Below are positions 54,871 through 64,000 of a DNA stretch of 64,000 nt, piece by piece (the first letter of the stretch is position 1; each line of letters opens with the position of its first letter). Both the position numbers and the translations under genes were made by a program. This DNA comes from an uncultured Verrucomicrobiae bacterium (lineage in GTDB: Bacteria; Verrucomicrobiota; Verrucomicrobiia; Chthoniobacterales; JAFAMB01): NCBI GenBank assembly GCA_963813025.1, contig CAWEXO010000013.1, positions 32,001 through 96,000 of the forward strand, written 5' to 3'. Under the pieces are notes generated by a model that was given only the letters and a program-made list of their open reading frames with translations, ran no database searches and was not told the DNA's origin.

Positions 54871-55827
54871 CTACCCCTTCGTTGCGCCACTGGTGAGTCC
54901 TCCCCGCCAATATCTTCCCAGGAAGACAAACGCCAGTAACAACGGCAACACACTGATAAGCGAACCCAGCGCGATAAGGCTGTAAACGGGCCGGCTGCCC
55001 GCCATCGCGCTCGTGCTATTCCAAACATTTAACCCCAAAGTCAACGGGTACAGATCTTCCCGGCTTAACACAATCAACGGCAAGAAGAAATTGTTCCAGG
55101 CACCCACAAAGGCTAACAACGCCACCGTCACCAAGCCGGTCTGTAACAAAGGTAGACCGATCCGCCAGAAAACCTGAAATTCTCCTGCGCCTTCCAAGCG
55201 AGACGCTTCGATTAACTCTTTCGGTAACGATGAATCCCAAAAGACCTTCATTAGATACAAACCAAAAGGGTTCACCAAGCTCGGCAGAATCACGCCCCAC
55301 ATCGTGTTTACCAACCCGATTCGGTTTAGCATCAGGAACAATGGCAGAACCAGCGCGGTCGACGGCACCATGATGGTCCCGAGAATAAAGTTGAATAGAA
55401 AGTTTTTGCCCGGGAACTCGTACTTCGAAAACGCGTATCCGCCTAACGCGCAAATCATTGTGCTGCCGGCGGAGATCGAGGTCGCGTACAACAAGGAGTT
55501 GCCAAACCAGCGAACGAAGATGCCGTCCCGATAGCTAAACAAGCCGACCAGGTTTTCCAGGAAATGGGGTGGATAGGCGAACCAAAATCCAAAACTCGAA
55601 AAAAGCTGCTCGTTGTTCTTGGTGACCGCGGTAAAAACCCACAGGGCCGGCAACAAACAGTAGATAACGAATAATCCGAGAACGATGCCACGCATCGCCG
55701 CACCGGCGGCCGATTCGCCGCTCGGTTCGCCGGGGGTTCCAGTCGACCTTCCGCGGGCGGCTGGCACTTCGGGAACCGTCGCTTGCGTTTTCGCGATCGG
55801 TTCCGGGCCGGCAGTACTCGAATCCAT
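54871..55827 (-). CDS. Carbohydrate ABC permease (CUT1, MalG-like)
   Basis: [14 protein letters not shown] motif, WNNFF.PL, GATKG. Confidence 0.92.
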   Translation of the reverse strand: MDSSTAGPEPIAKTQATVPEVPAARGRSTGTPGEPSGESAAGAAMRGIVLGLFVIYCLLPALWVFTAVTKNNEQLFSSFGFWFAYPPHFLENLVGLFSYRDGIFVRWFGNSLLYATSISAGSTMICALGGYAFSKYEFPGKNFLFNFILGTIMVPSTALVLPLFLMLNRIGLVNTMWGVILPSLVNPFGLYLMKVFWDSSLPKELIEASRLEGAGEFQVFWRIGLPLLQTGLVTVALLAFVGAWNNFFLPLIVLSREDLYPLTLGLNVWNSTSAMAGSRPVYSLIALGSLISVLPLLLAFVFLGRYWRGGLTSGATKG

Positions 55828-55833
55828 ATTTTC

Positions 55834-56700
55834 CTAACGCTGGCTTAAACGGCGCAGGAACGCTCCACTCAAAATGAAGATCAAGAGCGCCAACAAAATC
55901 GCAAGCGCGGCGGCGTACGCGTAGTTGGCGTCCCGGGCAGCCGTTAAATAAATGTACAGATTCGGCGTAATATTATCCGCGACGTAACCGAGCGGCCGTA
56001 ACACAAACGCTTCGGTGAACAGTTGCGAGGTCCCGATGACCGAGAAAATGATCAATAACTGGATGGTCGGCCAGAGCAACGGAATCTTAATGCTGCGCAC
56101 GATGTCCCACATGCTGGCGCCATCCACTCGAGCCGCTTCGTACAACTCTCTTGGGATGCTTTGTAACGCAGCGAACAGGGTCACCATGTTGTAACCCGTG
56201 TAAGTCCAGGTTACGATGTTTCCAACGGAGAACAGGATCAGTCCCGGTGACAAAAAATCGACCGAGGACTGTCGTGCCGCGTGCAGCGCCTGGTTGATCG
56301 GCGACAGATTGGGAGAATAGAGATAACCCCAGATTAACGCCCCAATCGCGGTCGGAATGCCGTACGGCATGAAGAAAATCGTCCGGCAGAATTTCATGAA
56401 AACGCCCCGGGATTGGTCCAACAGCAGCGCGAGCACGATCGCGAAGCCCAGCATCAGCGGGATCTGGACCAACCCGAACTGGAACATGTTGCTCAGTCCA
56501 TGCAGAAAATCGCCGTCTTGAAATGCCCGAAGATAGTTCGTTGCTCCGCCAAAGACCTGTTTGGCCGGCCCGAGACCAACCCGTCTCCGGACAAAGAGAC
56601 TCAGGTAAACGGCGTATAAAACCGGTGCCAGATAAAACGCCAAAAATACAAATAGAAAAGGCGCCAGGAAAAGATAAGCCGCTCTCCGTTCCCGGCGCAT
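55834..56700 (-). CDS. Carbohydrate ABC permease (CUT1, MalF-like)
   Basis: [17 protein letters not shown]. Confidence 0.92.
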   Translation of the reverse strand: MRRERRAAYLFLAPFLFVFLAFYLAPVLYAVYLSLFVRRRVGLGPAKQVFGGATNYLRAFQDGDFLHGLSNMFQFGLVQIPLMLGFAIVLALLLDQSRGVFMKFCRTIFFMPYGIPTAIGALIWGYLYSPNLSPINQALHAARQSSVDFLSPGLILFSVGNIVTWTYTGYNMVTLFAALQSIPRELYEAARVDGASMWDIVRSIKIPLLWPTIQLLIIFSVIGTSQLFTEAFVLRPLGYVADNITPNLYIYLTAARDANYAYAAALAILLALLIFILSGAFLRRLSQR

Positions 56701-56716
56701 AGAGTTCACTGCGTCG

Positions 56717-58117
56717 CTACTGCCCTTTCACTTCAAAGCCGCTGGCGGCCGCGTTTTTCAATGATTCGTTTTGCCAGGCGTCCAACGCTTGTTTCACGGG
56801 CGCTTTCCCGCTGAACAAAGCTTCAATTTGTTTGTTGAAGTTATCGTTTACAAACGCGAACCAAGGCGACCACGCAAAATTGACATCGACCGCTTTCGAA
56901 GCCTGCGCGAACACGTCTGCCACGTTCTGGCCCCCGCAGAATTTGGAAGGATTTTTGTCTGGCTGATTCAGCTTCGGCGACGTTAAGCCTGCAATGGAGG
57001 CCGGGAAAATTGCGTAATTGTTCCAGTTCGCGATCACCGCGGCCTCAGAGGTGTTGAGCCAGATTGCAAACAACGTCGCCGCTTTCGGATGTTTTGATTG
57101 TTTGGTGACCACGTTGCAGCTACCACCCCAGTTGCCACTGCGAATCTCGCCTTTGCTCCATTGCGGGAGTGGCGCGACTCGCCATTCACCGGAGGTCCGA
57201 TCGTTCAAAGAAGCCGCCGTCACTCCCGGACCCCAGGCCGCTTCGATTGAAGCCGCGATTTCACCGGCGCCGACCGCATTATAAAATTCGGCGGTGAACC
57301 CGGGGATCGCGGCGACATATTTCTTTTTCACCAAACCGTCCCAGTACGTCAGGACTTTTTCGGCTACGGGGCTGTTCAACGTTTGAATCCAAGAGTCGCC
57401 CTGGGGTTTAAAGAACTTGCCGCCGGCGGCCCAAACCAACCCCATGTACCAGGGAGCGCTGGTCGTATAAAAGTTCGCCATCTTGGCTTTTCCGTTGGTG
57501 GCCTGGGAGAGCTTCTCAGCTTGTGCGGCAAACTCGTCCCACGTCGTTGGCACGGTGATTCCGTACTGATCAAAGATCCTTTTGTTATAGAGCAAGGCCA
57601 ACGGACCGCTGTCTTGCGGAATACCGTAGACCGCTTGACCGTCCGGCGAAACCTGTGCCCAGGTCCAGGGAACAAAGTACGATTTGACGTCGTTTGCGCC
57701 ATTTTTCGACAGATCGAGTAGCCCGTCTGTCACAATGAACGACGGCAGAAAATCGTACTCGATCTGTGCGACGTCCGGTGCACCGGAGCCCGCGCGCAAT
57801 GCGGTCTGCAGCTTTTGGTACTCAGCCGGGCCGCCCCCGATGTTGTTCACGTGTACCTTTATGTTTGGGTACACCTTCTCAAACATCGGCGCGACCTTAT
57901 CCAGGCCACCGACCCACGACCAGAGTTCCAGTGTAATCTGACCCTCTTCCGGTTTGAATTTGCTGAAGTCCGGTTCCTTGAAATCCTGGGCGCGTGCCGG
58001 CAACAACGTAAGCGCAAAACCCGAACAGATTGCTGTTAGCCACAGTCGGCGAGTTGCGCTGCTCTTGCCGCGCCAGGGGAGACTAAGAAGTCTAAAAGAT
58101 CGAATTAGGTTGTACAT
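56717..58117 (-). CDS. Carbohydrate ABC substrate-binding protein
   Basis: Signal peptide ending [31 protein letters not shown]. Confidence 0.9.
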   Translation of the reverse strand: MYNLIRSFRLLSLPWRGKSSATRRLWLTAICSGFALTLLPARAQDFKEPDFSKFKPEEGQITLELWSWVGGLDKVAPMFEKVYPNIKVHVNNIGGGPAEYQKLQTALRAGSGAPDVAQIEYDFLPSFIVTDGLLDLSKNGANDVKSYFVPWTWAQVSPDGQAVYGIPQDSGPLALLYNKRIFDQYGITVPTTWDEFAAQAEKLSQATNGKAKMANFYTTSAPWYMGLVWAAGGKFFKPQGDSWIQTLNSPVAEKVLTYWDGLVKKKYVAAIPGFTAEFYNAVGAGEIAASIEAAWGPGVTAASLNDRTSGEWRVAPLPQWSKGEIRSGNWGGSCNVVTKQSKHPKAATLFAIWLNTSEAAVIANWNNYAIFPASIAGLTSPKLNQPDKNPSKFCGGQNVADVFAQASKAVDVNFAWSPWFAFVNDNFNKQIEALFSGKAPVKQALDAWQNESLKNAAASGFEVKGQ

Positions 58118-58258
58118 AGGGGGGAGAAGAAGCCGCCCTCGGCGGCCCTCAGTCTCTGGTAGGTCACGGCGTGAGGCGAGGCAAGCAAAAAACCGGTTTC
58201 CCTACCAGCGGCCGATGAGCTTTTCGGCGATTGATCATTGGCCATCGGTCATCGGCCA

Positions 58259-59317
58259 TCAGTCGGCTACCGGTTGTTGCTGGGTGAGACAGTGAAACGC
58301 ACCAAGCCCCCAGACGAGGGCACGCGCATCGATCGGTACAATCTCCCGCTGGGGAAAGCAGGACGCCATAGTTTCGATCGCTTTCTCGTCCTCCGCAGCA
58401 GCGAATGTTGGTAGCAGAACTACTTTGTTGCCGATATAAAAGTTGGCGTAGCTCGCCGGCAGACGCCGACCTTCCCGGACTTGGCGAGGCGGCATGGGCA
58501 GGCTAATGATCCGCAAGGGCGTCCCGTCTTCAAGTGTCATCGCGGAGAGCAACTCCAGATTTTGTTTGAGCGGAAAACGGTTGGGATCGTCTTTGTCTGA
58601 CTCCGACGCTGTCACTACGGTAGTGCGGTCAACGAAACGGGTAATATCATCGATGTGCCCGTCGGTATCGTCACCCTCGATCCCGTTGCCCAGCCAGAGG
58701 AAGTTTTTCGCTCCGAGGAAGTTGGCGAGCGTCTGTTCGATATCATCCTTGGTTTTTCCGGGATTGCGATTCGGATTGAGGAGACAGGACGCGGTGGTCA
58801 GCAGAGTGCCGGCGCCGTTGACTTCAATGGAGCCGCCTTCCATCACAATGCCCGGATAAAAACAGGGAAGGGAGAGCGCCTCTGCGATCCTGGTGGGCAC
58901 GATCTCATCGAGATCGAACGGTGGATACTTGCCGCCCCAGGCGTTGTAATTCCAGTCGATGATCGCCAGTCTTGGCTCTTTTCTTCGCCGGATGAACATC
59001 GGTCCGTGATCCCGGCACCAAGGCTCATTGGTAGGGATATGGAAAAATTCTACGTGCGCGGCATCGATCTCCGCCAGCGCGTTCCGGATATGCGCCTCTT
59101 CGTCCCCGTCCTGCACGTTAATCCTGACCTTCTCGGATCCGGACAATGCGTCAATCATTTGGACAAAAACGGGAATCACCTCGTGATACGCGCCGGGGAA
59201 GCTGATGCCGGTTTCGTGGGGCCAGGAGAGCCAGACGGCCTCGTGCGGTTCCCATTCCGCCGGCATACGGTAGCCCTCGGCGGCAGGAGTATTGGCGTCG
59301 AATGAGTGTTTTTGCAT
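58259..59317 (-). CDS. aguA: Agmatine deiminase family protein
   Basis: MPAEWEPH, WCRDHGP, EGGSI, DTDGHID, ASYANF, GAFHCLTQQQP. Confidence 0.9.
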   Translation of the reverse strand: MQKHSFDANTPAAEGYRMPAEWEPHEAVWLSWPHETGISFPGAYHEVIPVFVQMIDALSGSEKVRINVQDGDEEAHIRNALAEIDAAHVEFFHIPTNEPWCRDHGPMFIRRRKEPRLAIIDWNYNAWGGKYPPFDLDEIVPTRIAEALSLPCFYPGIVMEGGSIEVNGAGTLLTTASCLLNPNRNPGKTKDDIEQTLANFLGAKNFLWLGNGIEGDDTDGHIDDITRFVDRTTVVTASESDKDDPNRFPLKQNLELLSAMTLEDGTPLRIISLPMPPRQVREGRRLPASYANFYIGNKVVLLPTFAAAEDEKAIETMASCFPQREIVPIDARALVWGLGAFHCLTQQQPVAD

Positions 59318-59354
59318 GAACTCGTTCAGCCTCGAAGCACGGGAGAACCCGTTA

Positions 59355-60227
59355 CTAATCCAGGTAGCGCTTCGTCAGATTCTCGTAGGCGTCAATCCGA
59401 CGATCGCGCAGGAAAGGCCAATGGGTTCGCTGCCGGTCGAGCACTGTGAGATCCACCTCGACCAGCAGCACCTCATCGCGATCACTATTCGCCTTTCCGA
59501 GAAGCGCTCCGGCTGGGTCGCTGACAAAGCTTCGTCCCCAGAATTCAATTCCCGGGCCGCCATCGGGCGCTTCGTGACCCACTCGGTTAGGCGCGGCAAC
59601 AAAACATCCGTTGGCAATGCCATGGCTCCGTTGGATTAGCTCCCAGGAAGTGTATTGACGTTCGCCAAACTCGCCCTTCTCGGACGGGTGCCAGCCTATC
59701 GCCGTTGGGTAAAACAAAATCTGGGCGCCCGACAGTGCGGTCAAGCGGGCGGCTTCCGGATACCACTGGTCCCAGCAAACCAAAATTCCGAGCCGGGCAT
59801 AGCGTGTTTTCCAGGTGCGGAAGCCAAGGTCGCCGGGAGTGAAATAGAACTTCTCGTAAAATAGCGGGTCATCGGGAATATGCATTTTGCGGTACTTGCC
59901 GAGGTAAGTGCCGTCTGCATCGAGGACCGCTGCCGTATTGTGGTACAGACCGGGCGCCCGACGCTCAAACAGGGAAGCTACAATGACAACACTGAGTTCG
60001 GCGGCCACTTTCGCAATTCGATTGGTGGTCGGGCCGGGGATCTCCTCAGCAAATTCGAAGTATTTGTGGTCCTCAACCTGGCAGAAGTACTGGGTGGCGA
60101 ATAACTCCGGCAGACAGACGATTTGCGCTCCGCCCGTGGCGGCCTGCCGGATCATTGATTCGGCTTTTTCAACGTTCTCCTTCGGGTGAGCCGAACAGCT
60201 CATCTGCACCAGCCCGATTATCGGCAT
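59355..60227 (-). CDS. aguB: N-carbamoylputrescine amidase (nitrilase superfamily)
   Basis: LPELF, YRKMHIPDDP.FYEKFYF, CWDQWYPE, PTAIGW, WPFLRDRR. Confidence 0.88.
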   Translation of the reverse strand: MPIIGLVQMSCSAHPKENVEKAESMIRQAATGGAQIVCLPELFATQYFCQVEDHKYFEFAEEIPGPTTNRIAKVAAELSVVIVASLFERRAPGLYHNTAAVLDADGTYLGKYRKMHIPDDPLFYEKFYFTPGDLGFRTWKTRYARLGILVCWDQWYPEAARLTALSGAQILFYPTAIGWHPSEKGEFGERQYTSWELIQRSHGIANGCFVAAPNRVGHEAPDGGPGIEFWGRSFVSDPAGALLGKANSDRDEVLLVEVDLTVLDRQRTHWPFLRDRRIDAYENLTKRYLD

Positions 60228-60365
60228 GAGACCTAGTAGCATAAGCGCGACGAAGGACAACGAGACACTCGGATATCAGCTGTCTCTCGGATTTTGCGAA
60301 GTCTGGAGCGCACGCATCGAGTGATCGGTGAGACAAGAATTGAAAGCCGTCCCACAACATTCTTC

Positions 60366-60657
60366 GCCCTGTGCCGGTAGGGCGAAAATTTATTCGAGCT
60401 CTTGGCGAGAACTTGTTTGAGCCGGACGCTGGAGTTGCCACATCCAAGGCGGCTTCTCCTTCGCTAAGGGGATCGGGCGCATTCCACGACATGCAGTGAA
60501 ATGGCGGAATCTTCGTGGCAGAATCTGGATAATGAACGATGTTGGAAAACAATGTCGTTTCTGAGCCTTGGGCAGAGACTTGTTCGATCTTTCTGGAACA
60601 TTGCTGACCCAACGCCCGGCTCAAACAAGTTCTCGCTAAGGCTCGAATGAATTTTCG
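60366..60657. repeat. REP-like family C inverted pair; right arm cut by IS110 and resumed at 62355-62371
   Basis: Left arm 60366-60425 gccctgtgccggtagggcgaaaatttattcgagc...ttgtttgagccgg; right arm 60616-60657 ends attttcg and continues gccctaccggcacagg after the IS. Confidence 0.9.
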
Positions 60658-60796
60658 TATAGCAAGTCCGTATAGCAAGTCCGGAGTTATTCAGCAAGCT
60701 GTGGTCGGAGGCCCTACCGGTCGGAGCTCCAGCTTGTGAATAACTCCGCCCGGAGAAAAGAAAGCTTTGGAAAAAAGAAAGGGTTTTCTTTGCCAA

Positions 60797-60994
60797 GGGC
60801 AGTCGGGCAAAATCCCGCGCTGCCCACGCGAAGAAGGACGCGCCGGCTGGCTACGAATAGGATTTTCGGGTCCGCGAGATCTTTAGGGCAGAGTTTCGAG
60901 CCAGCCGGTCGCGCTTTGATTCGTCACAACGAATACTCTAGTTGAGGTCGAGCACTTCACACTTCGACGACTTAACTATACGGATTTCGGACGG
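60797..60994 (+). ncRNA. Putative bridge RNA of the IS110 (5' stem-loop, target-binding loop, donor-binding loop); ends approximate
   Basis: Stem ccggctggct/agccagccgg encloses attttcg (target left) and tagggcag (reverse complement of the right junction); second loop holds atact and ctatacgg (donor). Confidence 0.75.
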
Positions 60995-61048
60995 CCAAAG
61001 CCAAGCGGCTTTTTTCGCGCTGGGTAAAACCAGAAAAAAGGAGCAAGC

Positions 61049-62323
61049 ATGAACCGATCAAATCCGTTTCCGGTCCCAGATCCCCATTATATGGTCAGCG
61101 TGGGAATCGATTGGGCTGATAAAGAACACGCTGTCTGTCAACGCTCTGGTCCGGAGGGAGGATGCCGGACATTCCAGCTGGGCGCCGATCCCGTTTCGGT
61201 TCGGACCTGGCTCGAAGAGCTCAAAAGCTTGGCTGGTCCGCAGGGGCGGGTGGCCATTGGTTTTGAACAAAATCGGGGAGCACTCTTTGAAATGCTCCGC
61301 ACCCAGGGAGACTGGATCGACCTCTATCCGCTCAATCCTTTGAGTTTAAGCGAATACCGCAAGGTCTTCTTTACTAGTGGCGCCAAGGATGACCCTCGCG
61401 ACAGCCAATTGATCGAAGAGCTCGTTGATCACCATCGGGATCGGCTCCGGCTTTATCAACCCCCGGAGCCGGTAGTGCGGGAACTGGATTTGCTCGGTCA
61501 GCACCGACGCAAAGCCGTCGAGGCCTCCGTGGTGTGCGAAAACCAACTCACCAGCTTACTCAAAGTCTACTATCCGCTGGCCCTCGAGCTCCTCGATGAT
61601 TTGGGCACCACTCTGGCGCTGCATTTTTTGAAACGCTGGCCGACCCTGCAGAGTTTAAAAAAAGCCAAGCCCCAGACCCTGCGCTCTTTTTTTTATCAGC
61701 ACCACAGCCGCAGCCAGAGCTTGATCGAGGAGCGCTTGGAAAAGATTGCTCGGGCCCAAACCGTCACCGAGGATCGTTCTCTGCTGGAGCCCTCCGTGCT
61801 GAGTTGCAAGTGTTTGGTCAGTCAATTGTTGCCGCTGCGAGATTCCATCAAGGCTTTTGACAAAGCCATCCACACTCTGTTTGCCAAACATCCCGATCGG
61901 CACATTTTTGAAAGTCTGCCCGGAGCCGGCCCGCAATTAGCCCCGCGCTTGTTGGTGGCTTTTGGCTCCAATCGGCAGGCTTTTGCCCAAGCCCTGGAGG
62001 TACAGAAAAAAAGCGGAATCGCTCCGGTCCAAGTGCGCAGCGGCCAAACCAAAAGCGTCCAGCGGCGGCGCTTTCGCTCCAAATTCCTGTGCCAGAGCTT
62101 CCACGAATTCGCGGCTCATTCCATTCCTTATTCCCAATGGGCCAAGCTCTATTATCAAGAGCAAATGGCCCGCGGTAAGTCCCACCACACTGCCGTGCGC
62201 GCCTTGGCCTTTAAATGGATCCGCGTCATCTTCCGGCTCTGGCAGGACCGCACCCCTTATGACGAAGAGCGCTACCTCCAAGTCCTCAAAAAACGCCACT
62301 CACCAATCGGTGAAAAACTTTAA
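61049..62323 (+). CDS. IS110-family recombinase/transposase
   Basis: VGIDWADKEH, GFEQ, KDDPRDS (DEDD); SLPGAG; GIAPV..RSG serine; SD aaggag. Confidence 0.93.
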   Translation: MNRSNPFPVPDPHYMVSVGIDWADKEHAVCQRSGPEGGCRTFQLGADPVSVRTWLEELKSLAGPQGRVAIGFEQNRGALFEMLRTQGDWIDLYPLNPLSLSEYRKVFFTSGAKDDPRDSQLIEELVDHHRDRLRLYQPPEPVVRELDLLGQHRRKAVEASVVCENQLTSLLKVYYPLALELLDDLGTTLALHFLKRWPTLQSLKKAKPQTLRSFFYQHHSRSQSLIEERLEKIARAQTVTEDRSLLEPSVLSCKCLVSQLLPLRDSIKAFDKAIHTLFAKHPDRHIFESLPGAGPQLAPRLLVAFGSNRQAFAQALEVQKKSGIAPVQVRSGQTKSVQRRRFRSKFLCQSFHEFAAHSIPYSQWAKLYYQEQMARGKSHHTAVRALAFKWIRVIFRLWQDRTPYDEERYLQVLKKRHSPIGEKL

Positions 62324-62601
62324 CTTTTTCCCTTGCCAGACCTGCTCAGATACTGCCCTACCGGCACAGGGGCTTGCTCATCGTCGGAGCATCGGCATTC
62401 TCACCGGTTGTCTTTGAACAAGCTACAAGATCTCATCCTTAGGGGAAGACGTTTCGCTTTCGGGTGCAGATGGTGACGATGCAAAGCATTATGATGAGAA
62501 AAATGTTGCCAGAGCCGATACCCGAACCAGGCTCACTGATCGTGCCAAGATTGCGGATCTGGGCGTTCACGTTACACTAAACTTTTCCAAGGTGTTTTCT
62601 T

Positions 62602-63153
62602 ATGCTGGAAGATGTTCGAGTGATCATTCATACCGCTAAGGGCGACCTGGAAGCGACGCTCTTTCCGTCCAAAGCCCCGCTCGCGGTTGCCAATTTCCTG
62701 AACCTGGCGCAGCGAAAATATTTCGACGGTCTGACGTTTCACCGGGTTGTCCCGCGGTTCGTCATTCAAGGTGGGGATCCTGTGGGCAATGGGACTGGTG
62801 ATCCTGGGTATCGGTTCGAGAATGAGATTGATCGCACGCTCTCTCATCAACAGGTCGGAACGCTCGCCATGGCGAATGCTGGCCCCGACACCAATGGCAG
62901 CCAATTCTATGTCACGCTTGCGCCGCTTCAGCCTGGGCACGTGAAAGCATTGGACGGCAAGTACACGATCTTCGGTCAAGTCACCAATGGCATGGACGTG
63001 GCAAACCGTGTGGAGCAGGGAGACAAGATCCTTTCGATCGCTATTCTTGATCCGACCCCGCCCGTGCTCGAGGCGCAGAAAGATCGACTGGCGAAATGGA
63101 ACAAGGCTCTGGATCGCAAATTCGGATCTCGCCTCGGACCGATTGCCGGATGA
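62602..63153 (+). CDS. Cyclophilin-type peptidyl-prolyl isomerase
   Basis: FDGLTFHRVV..FVIQGGDP.G.GTG.PGY, MANAGPDTNGSQF. Confidence 0.95.
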   Translation: MLEDVRVIIHTAKGDLEATLFPSKAPLAVANFLNLAQRKYFDGLTFHRVVPRFVIQGGDPVGNGTGDPGYRFENEIDRTLSHQQVGTLAMANAGPDTNGSQFYVTLAPLQPGHVKALDGKYTIFGQVTNGMDVANRVEQGDKILSIAILDPTPPVLEAQKDRLAKWNKALDRKFGSRLGPIAG

Positions 63154-64000
63154 GTCTGTTCACATCCGACTACGACTATGCCTTGCCTGAGGAGCTGATC
63201 GCTCAATATCCGCCGGAACGCCGGGGCCAATCACGTTTGATGGTTCTGGATCGGGCAAACCAAAGTGTAACTCATCATTCGTTTTCCGAATTGCCTGATC
63301 TTCTCTGGCCAGGTGAGCTGGTCGTTCTCAACGATACCCGGGTGATCCCCGCGCGAATCCATCTGCCGGATCGGAGCGCGGAAATTCTTTTACTGGAACA
63401 AATCGACGCCACCACGTGGCGATCGCTCGTTCGGCCGGGAAGATGGTTCAGCGTCGGACGAAGATTTGCGTTGGGCGGGATCAACGGCGAAGTCCTCGGG
63501 ATCACCGAGCAAGGCTATCGGGTGATCCGGTTTGACCAGTCGCCCGACCTGGAGGCGATTGGCGAGGTACCACTGCCACCTTATCTGAACCGGGCTGCTG
63601 AGCCTATCGATCGGGAACGGTACCAAACGGTCTTCGCGAGACGCCCGGGTGCGGTAGCGGCCCCGACGGCAGGATTGCATTTTACCGAGGGTATCCTTCG
63701 AAGAGTGCCGCACGTCTATATCACTCTCGAGGTCGGACCCGGTACTTTCCAACCGGTGAAAGTGGAGCGCATCACCGATCACTCTATGCATTGGGAAACT
63801 TTCGAAGTGACCTCGGCGGCGGCAAAAAAGCTTCAAGAGGCCGAAAGCGTTCTGGCCGTAGGAACAACCACGGTCCGAGTGCTGGAGACTCTAGCCAAAC
63901 CCGGCTCGATCATCCCGGGCCGGAGCAAAACCGACATCTTCATCCATCCGCCGTTCACTTTTCGGCGCGTGAACAGTCTCTTAACCAATTTTCATTTGCC
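63150..64000 (+). CDS. queA: tRNA preQ1 S-adenosylmethionine ribosyltransferase-isomerase, partial (runs off window)
   Basis: MSLFTSDYDYALPEELIAQYP, NDTRVIPAR, PLPPY, YQTVFA...GAVAAPTAGLHF, VGTT.VR.LE, TNFHL. Confidence 0.95.
   Translation, partial: MSLFTSDYDYALPEELIAQYPPERRGQSRLMVLDRANQSVTHHSFSELPDLLWPGELVVLNDTRVIPARIHLPDRSAEILLLEQIDATTWRSLVRPGRWFSVGRRFALGGINGEVLGITEQGYRVIRFDQSPDLEAIGEVPLPPYLNRAAEPIDRERYQTVFARRPGAVAAPTAGLHFTEGILRRVPHVYITLEVGPGTFQPVKVERITDHSMHWETFEVTSAAAKKLQEAESVLAVGTTTVRVLETLAKPGSIIPGRSKTDIFIHPPFTFRRVNSLLTNFHL

Larger units (their letters stand above)
60658..62354 (+). mobile_element. Complete IS110-family element inserted in a family C repeat
   Basis: Junctions attttcG|tatagc and gatactG|ccctacc; empty site equals attttcgccctacc as at 50362; no terminal IRs or target duplication. 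Confidence 0.9.

Noticed and set aside
58228..58265. Short 7-bp repeats (catcgg[t/c]) at the aguA 3' end
   Set aside because: Too short and degenerate to interpret

Overview
Bacterial chromosomal window, probably from a Verrucomicrobia/PVC-type organism (inferred from the L28 N-terminus, the dimeric GlyRS and the repeat style). Housekeeping genes (rpmB, glyQS, proBA, trpD, gcvTHP, lptF-like, aguAB, cyclophilin, queA) are interspersed with several families of palindromic REP/REPIN/MITE-like repeats, two intact-looking IS110 elements, a deleted IS256 and an IS3 remnant. A ~26 kb catabolic block (14620-40608) lies between direct-repeat remnants of a GxxExxY gene. It encodes two divergent cyanuric-acid-hydrolase/barbiturase-family enzymes, an amidase, an asparaginase-like enzyme, a PgdA/PuuE-like hydrolase, a COG0523 GTPase, a TarD-like dehydratase and several transporters, some decaying. 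The strongest signal is the IS110 at 60658-62354. It has split one arm of a repeat family. Its joined ends would form a TTGCCA-N17-TATAGC promoter. Its non-coding left end folds into a bridge-RNA-like structure whose guides match the target and donor, including post-exchange 'handshake' bases, around an apparent single-G core. All alignments, counts and folds were done by eye; no database searches were run.
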